From Gammaproteobacteria bacterium (lineage in GTDB: Bacteria > Pseudomonadota > Gammaproteobacteria > GCA-002705445 > GCA-002716945): 41,987 nucleotides of DNA. Within the stretch, counting starts at the first letter, position 1; every line of letters starts with the position of its first letter. The notes beneath the pieces were generated by a model that was not told where the DNA came from, did no database searches, and saw only the letters and a list, made by a program, of their open reading frames with translations. Of the stretch, positions 17,011 to 25,250 are shown one piece after another. The stretch covers positions 3,817-45,803 of the forward strand of contig CBFHLA010000002.1 of assembly GCA_965656575.1 (NCBI GenBank), written 5' to 3'. Both the position numbers and the translations under genes were made by a program.

Positions 17011-17919
17011 CTAGAATCCAGATGCCGTTATAGCAAATCCGCCCCCACCTCTAACTTTAACAATATTATTTTCTCTTCTAACCTTTTCATACATTCTCTC
17101 AGAATTAACTTTACCAAAGGTGTATGCATTTTTTGAAACTGTGAATATATTTGGTCCCATTTTTCTCTCATTGCAGCACAGGATATAATTTAATTTAATA
17201 AATCCGTTATAAGAATTAGTAGTACTATCATCTTGCATACCAGTTTCAACAGATAGTCTTGATGTTGGCTCCATATATAAACTGAACATCTCACCATGCC
17301 TTATGTTTAATGTCTCATTATTCCATTGGTATTTTTTATAATATACTTTTGCCCATGGAAGATAAGGAAGTAGCGCACCTATTTCTGCATCATAACCACC
17401 CGCTGCAACTTCAGGAGCACCATTGACGTGATGGATTTCGGACATTGCCTCATACAAATTAATGTTAACATCGAAAACTGATGATTTCATTTCAAAACCC
17501 AAACCTGTTCTAGTATGACCTGTGTTAAATTCATGATCATAAAAAATATTTATACCATAGATACGGGTCATCTCAGAATTCATCGTCCTATATACAAGTC
17601 CAGTATTTAGAGTTTCATTACTATCAAAGGTTGAATATGATATTTGAGTTAATATTTTGTTGTACTCGTTACCAGTTAATTCAAAGAGTGAAATAGCTCT
17701 AAAAGTTGGTTTTGAATCTTCACCCGCACGTGTTTCAATTTCTATTAATCTGAGACTAGATAAATTATCTTTTGCCCAAGATTCAATAGTCGAATCTCCA
17801 TAGGAAAAAGCATTTTCAATTATATTTTGTTTAACTTGATTTAGTGCTTGACTCGCTTCACCAGCATAGCCCAGAGATGTCATCAAAATAAACGGTAACG
17901 CTAATAATTTTTTCCCCAT
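17011..17919 (-). CDS. inverse-autotransporter (intimin/invasin) beta-domain protein without passenger
   Basis: Signal peptide MGKKLLALPFILMTSLGYA|GEA. The blocks IYGINIFYDHEFNTGHTRTGLGFEMKSSVFDVNINLY, GYDAEIGALLPYLPWAKVYYKKYQW and MYEKVRRENNIVKV parallel the intimin beta-domain and linker as recalled. The protein ends ...GGGGFAITASGF, an OMP-like terminal Phe. Confidence 0.65.
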   Translation of the reverse strand: MGKKLLALPFILMTSLGYAGEASQALNQVKQNIIENAFSYGDSTIESWAKDNLSSLRLIEIETRAGEDSKPTFRAISLFELTGNEYNKILTQISYSTFDSNETLNTGLVYRTMNSEMTRIYGINIFYDHEFNTGHTRTGLGFEMKSSVFDVNINLYEAMSEIHHVNGAPEVAAGGYDAEIGALLPYLPWAKVYYKKYQWNNETLNIRHGEMFSLYMEPTSRLSVETGMQDDSTTNSYNGFIKLNYILCCNERKMGPNIFTVSKNAYTFGKVNSERMYEKVRRENNIVKVRGGGGFAITASGF

Positions 17920-17955
17920 TAGATGATAGTAATATAAATCAGTCTTATGTAAAGA

Positions 17956-18729
17956 CTATTGATCAACATTTTCCATGTTTTTTATGTTATCTAGGGCTGG
18001 TTTATATGTGCTATCTATTTCAAGAGCATGCTTAAACATTTTTTTAGCAGCGATATTGTCTTTAGTTGCATAGTATGCAATACCCAAATTATTGTATAAC
18101 TCTTTTGACGTTACATCCTTATTTAAAGCTTCTTCTAGTACTTCCACGCACTTTTTATACTTTGTATTCTTTAGATAATAATTAGAGATATTGATATAAG
18201 GCATGGGATCATTTGAAGTTAATTCCAAAACTTTTAAGTAATGCTTCTCTGCTTCGTTAGGATTAATATTGTTGTATATATTTGCGAGATTATTGTGGGC
18301 TACAGATGAGTTAGCATCTAAAGACAAAGCTTTTTTATAATTTTCTACCGCTTTTTCAAAATTTTTAAGATGTGAATAGATTACTCCTAAACTATAGAAT
18401 GACTGAAAGTTTTTTTTATCTAGCTTAATAGCTCTTTTATGTTCCTGTATTGCAAATTCGAGATTATTACTTTGATAAAGTATGTTTCCATAGTTGCTGT
18501 GGTAAACAGAAATTTCTGGTTGAAGTTCAATCGCATTGATTATGTGACTCCTAGCGTCATCTAGTTTATTTTCTACAAGGTAGATTAAAGACAATAAATG
18601 ATAAGCATCACTATTATTTTTATCATGGACTAAGATTTTATTATAAATAGATTTTGCATCATCTAGTTGATTTCTATTTTGAAGGTCCATAGCTTCTTTC
18701 ATTGCTTGATCTATTAAAAACTCAACCAT
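17956..18729 (-). CDS. tetratricopeptide-repeat protein (cytoplasmic, no signal peptide)
   Basis: 257 aa with about six consecutive 34-residue TPR units (for example AYHLLSLIYLVENKLDDARSHIINAIELQP and SFYSLGVIYSHLKNFEKAVENYKKALSLD). Overlaps the upstream gene by 8 nt. Confidence 0.8.
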   Translation of the reverse strand: MVEFLIDQAMKEAMDLQNRNQLDDAKSIYNKILVHDKNNSDAYHLLSLIYLVENKLDDARSHIINAIELQPEISVYHSNYGNILYQSNNLEFAIQEHKRAIKLDKKNFQSFYSLGVIYSHLKNFEKAVENYKKALSLDANSSVAHNNLANIYNNINPNEAEKHYLKVLELTSNDPMPYINISNYYLKNTKYKKCVEVLEEALNKDVTSKELYNNLGIAYYATKDNIAAKKMFKHALEIDSTYKPALDNIKNMENVDQ

Positions 18730-20146
18730 ACTTTTTCTCTTGAAGTTGTTCCTTTAATTTTATTATCACAGATTTCCAGTCGCCAGGAATTTCTTGCCTA
18801 AACATAATAACACTTTTATACCATGGTGATGTGTTTCTGTGTGTCAACTCCCATCTCCAATTTGGAACGCAGGGTAACATTAAGATTGTCTTTTTATTTA
18901 ATGCTCCAGCCATATGCGCAACTAGATGGTCAACAGTTATAACTAAATCTAAATTCGATATAATATTTGCAAGTTCATTTAAATCCGAATAGCTTCCTAG
19001 TGTTTGAAAAATGTGGGATTTATTATCTTGGGTGACGTAGGGGTCTAGACTGATTACATTGTGTTGGTCAGAAAATACTCCTTCAATTAACGTATGGCTT
19101 ATGCTTTCATCGTCATGCGCATTTGAATTTCTATCTGTCTCCAACACCAGACCAATGTTTAATTTTTCTGAAACATTGAAATTTAGATTAGTATTGATAA
19201 ATTCAATATATGGATACTCTTGATTCATCTCATTAGGGTTAGCTTCTAATACCTTCATCAAAGAGCTGATATGGACAAAATAATCATGTTCAGGGATATC
19301 ATTTACCGTAACAGTACTGTGTAACCATTTCTGAGCTGACATTAATGGCATTGCTTGGTCACTACACTGCAAGATAATCTGACAATCATCTTTAGCAAGC
19401 TCTCTTGCAAATCTTATAAAATTAATTAAATTTGCATCCGAACCTTCATCAACTATAAGTAATTTCTTATTTTGTAAACTCTGGCCAGTCCACTCTTTTT
19501 TAAAACCGTCGGTTGATTCTTTTGTAATCTTTTTTCGCCACTCATACTCGCGCCAACCATTTTTATAATCTCCAATTAATAAATAACATAGTCCAAGATT
19601 GAGATGAGCTTCAGCATAATCAGGCATTATTTCAATGCATTTAAGAAATGACTTTATTGATAAATCAAATTGTTTTTTTTCTTGATAAACAATACCTAAT
19701 AATAGATAAGCTGCAACATGATCGGGTGATAGTTCTATAGTTTTATAAAATGACGAGATAGCGTCATTATATTTCTTTATTTTTCTATATGACTCTCCCA
19801 AATAAAAATGTACTTGCGCAATTTTATCATTTAATGAAATTGCGCCCTTAAAAGCTTCAACTGATTTAACGTATTCTTTAGATGCGCTGTATGCACATCC
19901 TAAGGTTACATAATATCCAGGATTTTTATTATTTAATCTAATAGATTTATCTACTAATTTTATAGATTCGTCAAAGTCTTGATTGTAAAGTCTGATTGAT
20001 GACAATATATGATAGGCATCAGGATTAAGATCATCTTTAATAATTTCCTTGCAAATCGATTCTGCTTCAGAAAATTTGTTTTGACCCAAGAAATTTATTG
20101 CTTTGTTTAATTCTTGCTGAGTTTTATCTTTATTCTCATTACTCAT
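18722..20146 (-). CDS. TPR-repeat protein fused to a GT9 (heptosyltransferase)-like glycosyltransferase domain
   Basis: 474 aa. The N-terminal ~200 aa are TPR repeats. The C-terminal domain (KLLIVDEGSDANLINFIRFA ... DLVITVDHLVAHMAGALNKKTILMLPCVPNWRWELTHRNTSPWYKSVIMFRQ) matches the DxVxHLAGAxG...WRW...SPWY...FRQ pattern I associate with TPR-GT9 proteins. Confidence 0.6.
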   Translation of the reverse strand: MSNENKDKTQQELNKAINFLGQNKFSEAESICKEIIKDDLNPDAYHILSSIRLYNQDFDESIKLVDKSIRLNNKNPGYYVTLGCAYSASKEYVKSVEAFKGAISLNDKIAQVHFYLGESYRKIKKYNDAISSFYKTIELSPDHVAAYLLLGIVYQEKKQFDLSIKSFLKCIEIMPDYAEAHLNLGLCYLLIGDYKNGWREYEWRKKITKESTDGFKKEWTGQSLQNKKLLIVDEGSDANLINFIRFARELAKDDCQIILQCSDQAMPLMSAQKWLHSTVTVNDIPEHDYFVHISSLMKVLEANPNEMNQEYPYIEFINTNLNFNVSEKLNIGLVLETDRNSNAHDDESISHTLIEGVFSDQHNVISLDPYVTQDNKSHIFQTLGSYSDLNELANIISNLDLVITVDHLVAHMAGALNKKTILMLPCVPNWRWELTHRNTSPWYKSVIMFRQEIPGDWKSVIIKLKEQLQEKKYG

Positions 20147-20209
20147 ATTATGAAGTGCATATTATCCCATGCATATTTAAATAGCTAATTTATAAATTCA
20201 ATAAAAAAA

Positions 20210-20227
20210 GGAGAGCACCTGCTCTCC
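20210..20227 (-). terminator. rho-independent (bidirectional-looking) terminator after the DUF1326 gene
   Basis: ggagagc-acct-gctctcc forms a 7-bp GC-rich stem flanked by A7 (20203-20209) and T5 (20228-20232). It lies 25 nt downstream of the DUF1326 stop and upstream of the TPR-GT operon start. Confidence 0.7.
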
Positions 20228-20251
20228 TTTTTATGTTTTCCAAAAGACAAC

Positions 20252-20854
20252 TTATGGAGCGTAAGAGAATGGGCCTGAAAGTCCAACTCTGTCAGGTTTT
20301 GGACTCCAATTCTGTCCGAAATCTGTATAAGATTGTTTATTTGTTTTATTCACCTCAACTGGGAAGCCAGGGTTAATAGCTAATGGGTGGTATTCGCATT
20401 TTGCTACATTACCATTGCCATCTTCTACCGCATCCATATCCCACTCGCCAGCACCCTCTACTTTAAGAGTTTTTTTATTTCCTGATATATCACATGTAAT
20501 AGCTGCTTTTTTTACACCCATCACTTCACCAACAAGACTAGCTATTACACCTAAATGTCCGCCATGCTTACCGCCATACAGTTCCTCTAATGCGGCAGCT
20601 TGCTCATCAGTTGCATTTTCGTCTATGTATAGTGCAATTTTAAAACCGCCTTCAGTAAGTTGTGGACCAGGTGCATGTAACCAGATAGAAACTTTAAGTC
20701 CATCGAGTGTTACATCATTTAAGTGTCCCTTTTTTATATCCCAGACCAACATAGCCTCACAAAAACCTTCAGTAGGTGTTTGTAGGTATAGACAAGGACA
20801 CATAATATCGCAGTTGCAATTTTCTGCGTAATCTCCTTCTAAACTCCAGCTCAT
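20252..20854 (-). CDS. DUF1326 domain protein
   Basis: 200 aa with the N-terminal signature W.L.GDY.ENCNCDIMCPC. Confidence 0.65.
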   Translation of the reverse strand: MSWSLEGDYAENCNCDIMCPCLYLQTPTEGFCEAMLVWDIKKGHLNDVTLDGLKVSIWLHAPGPQLTEGGFKIALYIDENATDEQAAALEELYGGKHGGHLGVIASLVGEVMGVKKAAITCDISGNKKTLKVEGAGEWDMDAVEDGNGNVAKCEYHPLAINPGFPVEVNKTNKQSYTDFGQNWSPKPDRVGLSGPFSYAP

Positions 20855-21013
20855 TATTAACTCCCTAAAATTAATTTATGATTAATGTTAATACAAACTA
20901 CACTATAAATACACAAATTATCAAACATATAAGTAAGCCTTAATATTCTTATGAATATAGAATAATTGTTAAATACATTATATTTTTGATAGATTATTAG
21001 CAGGGGTAAATTC

Positions 21014-22654
21014 TTGAACAAATCAGAGTTAGAACATTGGTATAGTGATAGCGTGCCGTGCAGATCAGCATGTCCTGCTGATACAGATATTCCTGGATAC
21101 CTAGAAGCGATATATCGTGGAGATTTTGAGTCAGCCTACAACATAAACTTCAATGATAATTTTTTTCCTGAAGTTCTTGGGAGAGTGTGTTCTAGACCAT
21201 GTGAAAAAGCATGTAGGCATGGAGTTAATGATAATGGCGATTCTGTATCAATTTGTTTTTCAAAAAGAGCTGCAGGCAAATATTCAAATAATAAACCTAA
21301 ACTTCAAAATAAACTTAAAGCAACGAGTAAAGATATACTCATTATAGGCGGAGGTGTTGCAGGTTTAGCTGCTGCTGCAGAATTAAGACGTTTTGGTCAC
21401 AAGGTGACAATGTATGAAAGACACAAATCGTTGGGCGGTATGCTCAATCAAGGAATACCCGTTTTTAGATTACCAAGAAAAATCATAGAAAAAGAAATTG
21501 AACAAATTATAAACCTTGGGATTAAGGTCAAACTAAACACATCTGTTTCAGATCAAGATGAAATAGAAATGCTTGCAAAAAAATTTGATGTAGTTGTCTG
21601 TGCAATGGGAACACTTAAGCCTAATCTTTTAGATGAAAAATTTAAAAAAAGTCTTTATGTAGAAGATGGACTAGATTTTTTATTAAGAGTTAACGAAAAG
21701 AATGAAAAATATGTTGGGCAAAATGTAATAGTCATAGGTGGTGGTTATACATCAATGGATTGTGCGAGAACAGCTCTTAGACTGGGTGCCAAAACTGTTA
21801 AGACATTTTATAGAAGAGAAGAAGGTGATTTAGAAATTCTTCCTGGTGAATTAGAGGAATTAATTAATGAAAAAGGTAAGATGGTATTCAGTGCTAGACC
21901 ATTCAGACTTATTGAAAACAAGAAAAAACTAAAATATCTTGAGTTAGTTAAAACCAAAACCTCGAAGCATAATTCAAAACTTATAGATATACCGAATAGT
22001 AAGTTTAAAATAAAAACTGATCATATAATTCTGGCCATAGGTCAGAAGCAAGAAATTAAAATAAAAAATTCATCTAAAAATATTTTCTATGCAGGCGATT
22101 TCAAACTAGGAGCTTCTACACTGATTAATGCAATTGGAGATGCCAAAAAAACTGCAGCAGATGTAAATCAATATTTAATGAAAAAAAATTATGACAAAAG
22201 TGATTATAGTATTAGCAAAAACGCTAAAACAAATAGATCTCTAAATAGAAACTATATACCTATTACAGAAATGCGACTGAGAGATATATCGAAAAGAACA
22301 TTTAAATCTGAAGTTGAGCTTGGATTCAATAAAACTGAAAGTAAAAATGAATCATCAAGATGTTACCTCTGCCATTATAAATTTGAAATTAATAATAGCT
22401 TATGTGTTCTATGTGATGAATGCTTATTAGTAAGACCTGTAAATGAATGTATCAAAGAAATATCATCAAAAACTACTGACTCAAAAGGCAGAGTAGAAGT
22501 TAATAAAATCGACCCTGGTAATTCTCACGGTATTTATCATGGTGAGTTATATATAGACCCTAAAGTATGTGTGAGATGTGGGGAATGTGAAAAAGCATGT
22601 CCTACAGGTGCTATTTCACTAACCAAAGTGAGTAAAATTAATGCGTCAACCTAA
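21014..22654 (+). CDS. GltD-like NAD(P)H:FAD/FeS oxidoreductase subunit with a C-terminal 2x[4Fe-4S] ferredoxin domain
   Basis: 546 aa from a TTG start. The N-terminal GltD-type cluster region reads CRSACPADTDIPGYL...VCSRPCEKACRHG. It has two Rossmann motifs (IIGGGVAGLAAAAEL and VIGGGYTSMDCA) and C-terminal CYLCHYK..CVLCDEC and CVRCGECEKACP motifs. Confidence 0.75.
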   Translation: MNKSELEHWYSDSVPCRSACPADTDIPGYLEAIYRGDFESAYNINFNDNFFPEVLGRVCSRPCEKACRHGVNDNGDSVSICFSKRAAGKYSNNKPKLQNKLKATSKDILIIGGGVAGLAAAAELRRFGHKVTMYERHKSLGGMLNQGIPVFRLPRKIIEKEIEQIINLGIKVKLNTSVSDQDEIEMLAKKFDVVVCAMGTLKPNLLDEKFKKSLYVEDGLDFLLRVNEKNEKYVGQNVIVIGGGYTSMDCARTALRLGAKTVKTFYRREEGDLEILPGELEELINEKGKMVFSARPFRLIENKKKLKYLELVKTKTSKHNSKLIDIPNSKFKIKTDHIILAIGQKQEIKIKNSSKNIFYAGDFKLGASTLINAIGDAKKTAADVNQYLMKKNYDKSDYSISKNAKTNRSLNRNYIPITEMRLRDISKRTFKSEVELGFNKTESKNESSRCYLCHYKFEINNSLCVLCDECLLVRPVNECIKEISSKTTDSKGRVEVNKIDPGNSHGIYHGELYIDPKVCVRCGECEKACPTGAISLTKVSKINAST

Positions 22655-24719
22655 GTTTAAAAATATAAATGTCACGTGCCCGCATGATTGCCCTGATACC
22701 TGTTCTCTAGTAGTTACTGTTGATAAAACATCTGGCAAAGCAGTTAAGTTAAAAGGAAATGATAAACATCCCATTACCAAAGGGTTTCTATGCAATAAGG
22801 TAAATCATTACTTAGACTTGGTTTACAACAAGAATAGAGTTTTATATCCACATGTAAGAATTGGACCAAAAGGACAGAAAGGTAAATTCAAAAGAGTTTC
22901 TTGGGATTATGCTTTAAAACTCATAACAAAAAATTTAAATGAAAATATTAAAAAATATGGCCCTGATTCCATACAGCCTTATTCATATTCCGGAACACTC
23001 GGAATGTTGGGCTACTGGGGAATGTCAGAAAGATTTTGGAATAAATTAGGAGCAGCCCGTTTAGGCAGAACGATATGTATTGCAGCAGCATCCACTGCAG
23101 GGATATATACTTATGGAGCCGCGTGTGGTCCTGCAATTGATGAAGTTCCCAAAAATGATTACATAATATTGTGGGGTACAAATGTTGCATCAACGCATGT
23201 ACACATGGTTCCGTTTCTAGAGGAAGCTAAAAAAAACGGAGCTAAAATTGTTTGTATAGATCCAAGAGAAACCCGAACAAGTATCATGAGTAATTGGCAC
23301 ATCCAGCCTAAACCGGGAACTGATTCTGCATTAGCACTTGGTATCATGAATGAAATAGTTAAAAACAATTTACATGACAAATCATTTTTAAAAAAACATA
23401 CAACTGGTCATGAAGAGTTTCTAAAAAAAGAATTGCCTAAATATACTCTCAGTAAAGTTTCTAAGATCACTGGGATAAAACAATCTGAGATAAAACAGTT
23501 AGCTCATGAATACGCAAAAGCCAAAAGATCATACATAAGACCTAATTATGGGCTTAATAGGCATCGAAACGGCGGCATGATGACCAGAACAATAATGTTA
23601 CTCCCAGCAATTACTGGGGCTTGGAAATATAAAGAGTCTGGTTGTTTTGTTGGCTCTATTGAAGAAATGTGGAATGTTGATTTACAAAAACTTCAAAGAC
23701 CAGATTTGCTAGATGGTAAAGCTCCCAGATCTATAAACATGGTTCAGATAGGAAATGCCTTAAATGATAAAAAACTTAGTCCACCTATTAAGCATTTATT
23801 TGTTTGGAATTCTGATGTTGCCAATTGCACTCCAGATAGCAGTAATGTGCGAAAAGGCCTTCAAAGAAAAGATTTATTTACAGTAGTGCATGATACTTTT
23901 TGGACAGATAGTTGCATGTATGCTGATGTTGTTCTTCCAGCTGACACCCAATTGGAACACACAGACCTTCATGCACCTTACGGGCATTATTATTTCAGTT
24001 TGACCCAACAAGCGATCAATCCATTAGGTGAGAGTAAATCTAACCAAGATCTGTTTAGAGAATTAGCAAAGTACATGGGTTACAAGGAAGCATGCTTCAA
24101 AGAAACAGATGAGAAAATGATAAAAAACATGATTGATGCAAAGCATAATCCACTGTTTAAAGGAGTTAGTTATGAAAAACTCAAAAAAAATGGATGGGTC
24201 AAAGGTGATGTAAATAATCCAAGAAGAAACTATCTTAAGAAAGGCTGGCCTACTAAAGATAAGAAGATACAAATCTATTCAGAAGATACAAAAAAAATCG
24301 GTCTAGGCCCATATCCATCTTACACAGAAGAATTTAAAAAATCAGAAATTAAGAAAAAATATCCTATTCAAATATTAAGTCCTGCAACGCATCAATTTAT
24401 AGGGAATTCATTTGTGCCAGTTGAAAGACTAAGAAATATGGCATCTCGACCAACTATTGAAATTTCATCCGCAGATGCCAAGAAAAGAAAAATTAAAGAT
24501 GGAGATTTATGTAAAGTGTTTAATGATGTAGGTGAAACTTATGCCAATGCAATTATTAAAGATACAATGCTTGAAGGTGTGGCATCTACACAAAAACAAT
24601 ACAGAGGTTCATTAGTTAAGAATGGTCTTAATGCTAATGCATTAAACTCACAAGAACTTACAGATATGGGAGATGGCCCAATTTTCTATACGGTGATGGC
24701 TCAAATCAAAAAAGTTTAA
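22641..24719 (+). CDS. cytoplasmic molybdopterin (bis-MGD) oxidoreductase catalytic subunit, substrate unknown
   Basis: 692 aa with an N-terminal [4Fe-4S] motif C-x3-C-x3-C...C (TCPHDCPDTCS...FLCNK) and no twin-arginine signal. The probable Mo-ligand region is RTICIAAASTAGIYTYG. Overlaps the upstream gene by 14 nt. Confidence 0.75.
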   Translation: MRQPKFKNINVTCPHDCPDTCSLVVTVDKTSGKAVKLKGNDKHPITKGFLCNKVNHYLDLVYNKNRVLYPHVRIGPKGQKGKFKRVSWDYALKLITKNLNENIKKYGPDSIQPYSYSGTLGMLGYWGMSERFWNKLGAARLGRTICIAAASTAGIYTYGAACGPAIDEVPKNDYIILWGTNVASTHVHMVPFLEEAKKNGAKIVCIDPRETRTSIMSNWHIQPKPGTDSALALGIMNEIVKNNLHDKSFLKKHTTGHEEFLKKELPKYTLSKVSKITGIKQSEIKQLAHEYAKAKRSYIRPNYGLNRHRNGGMMTRTIMLLPAITGAWKYKESGCFVGSIEEMWNVDLQKLQRPDLLDGKAPRSINMVQIGNALNDKKLSPPIKHLFVWNSDVANCTPDSSNVRKGLQRKDLFTVVHDTFWTDSCMYADVVLPADTQLEHTDLHAPYGHYYFSLTQQAINPLGESKSNQDLFRELAKYMGYKEACFKETDEKMIKNMIDAKHNPLFKGVSYEKLKKNGWVKGDVNNPRRNYLKKGWPTKDKKIQIYSEDTKKIGLGPYPSYTEEFKKSEIKKKYPIQILSPATHQFIGNSFVPVERLRNMASRPTIEISSADAKKRKIKDGDLCKVFNDVGETYANAIIKDTMLEGVASTQKQYRGSLVKNGLNANALNSQELTDMGDGPIFYTVMAQIKKV

Positions 24720-24790
24720 TTATACTTTTCCACTTTTATTTCTCAAGGAAATAACTATTTTTCTAGCTCTAACAGTATTTTTTATTATAC

Positions 24791-25234
24791 ATGTATAATA
24801 AAAATATGATTCAGTATAAAGATGATGAAAAAACTCATGGAATACAAACTTTTGATAATGGTGATGTATACGAAGGCGAATTTAAAGACGGTTTAAAGCA
24901 TGGCAAGGGAAAATTAAAAACTAGAAACAAAAGATCCTATGAGGGTGATTGGAAAAATGATAAACCCTATGGTTTTGGGATAAACACATTTCCAAATGGA
25001 AAAATTTATACCGGTAGATTTAAAAATGGTAAGCCTGTTGGAGATGGTCAGTGGACATATGCTGATGGCAGAACATTTAATGGAACATGGGTAAATGGCG
25101 CATTTGTGAATGTAGAAAATAAAGCAGCCACACAAGAGTACAGGTATATAACTTTAATAATAAATGCTCTAGTGATTGGAGCTATGCTTTCTTTCGTTAT
25201 TTACTGGTTTTTAAATTTTTTGAAGATTATTTGA
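24791..25234 (+). CDS. MORN-repeat protein with a C-terminal transmembrane anchor
   Basis: Repeats YEGEFKDGLKHGKG, YEGDWKNDKPYGFG, YTGRFKNGKPVGDG and FNGTWVNGAF, followed by the hydrophobic tail ITLIINALVIGAMLSFVIYWFLNF. Confidence 0.7.
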   Translation: MYNKNMIQYKDDEKTHGIQTFDNGDVYEGEFKDGLKHGKGKLKTRNKRSYEGDWKNDKPYGFGINTFPNGKIYTGRFKNGKPVGDGQWTYADGRTFNGTWVNGAFVNVENKAATQEYRYITLIINALVIGAMLSFVIYWFLNFLKII

Positions 25235-25250
25235 GCAAGTTTGTGAAATT

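Noticed and set aside
20415-20831. 138-aa plus-strand ORF antisense to the DUF1326 gene
   Set aside because: It lies entirely within a well-supported minus-strand CDS. Its Ser/Pro/Ala-rich, low-complexity product is typical of antisense read-through of a slightly GC-richer gene. It has no Shine-Dalgarno and no recognisable motif.
20855-21013. Short dyad tattc-ttat-gaata in the divergent DUF1326/molybdoenzyme promoter, considered as an operator (for example ModE-like)
   Set aside because: It has only 5-bp arms in very AT-rich DNA and no match to a consensus I can name.
24736-24762. AT-only hairpin (ttatttc-tcaag-gaaataa) plus a T-run after the molybdoenzyme gene, considered as a terminator
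   Set aside because: The 7-bp stem is all A/T except for one pair. It is too weak to call in a genome where such sequences arise by chance.
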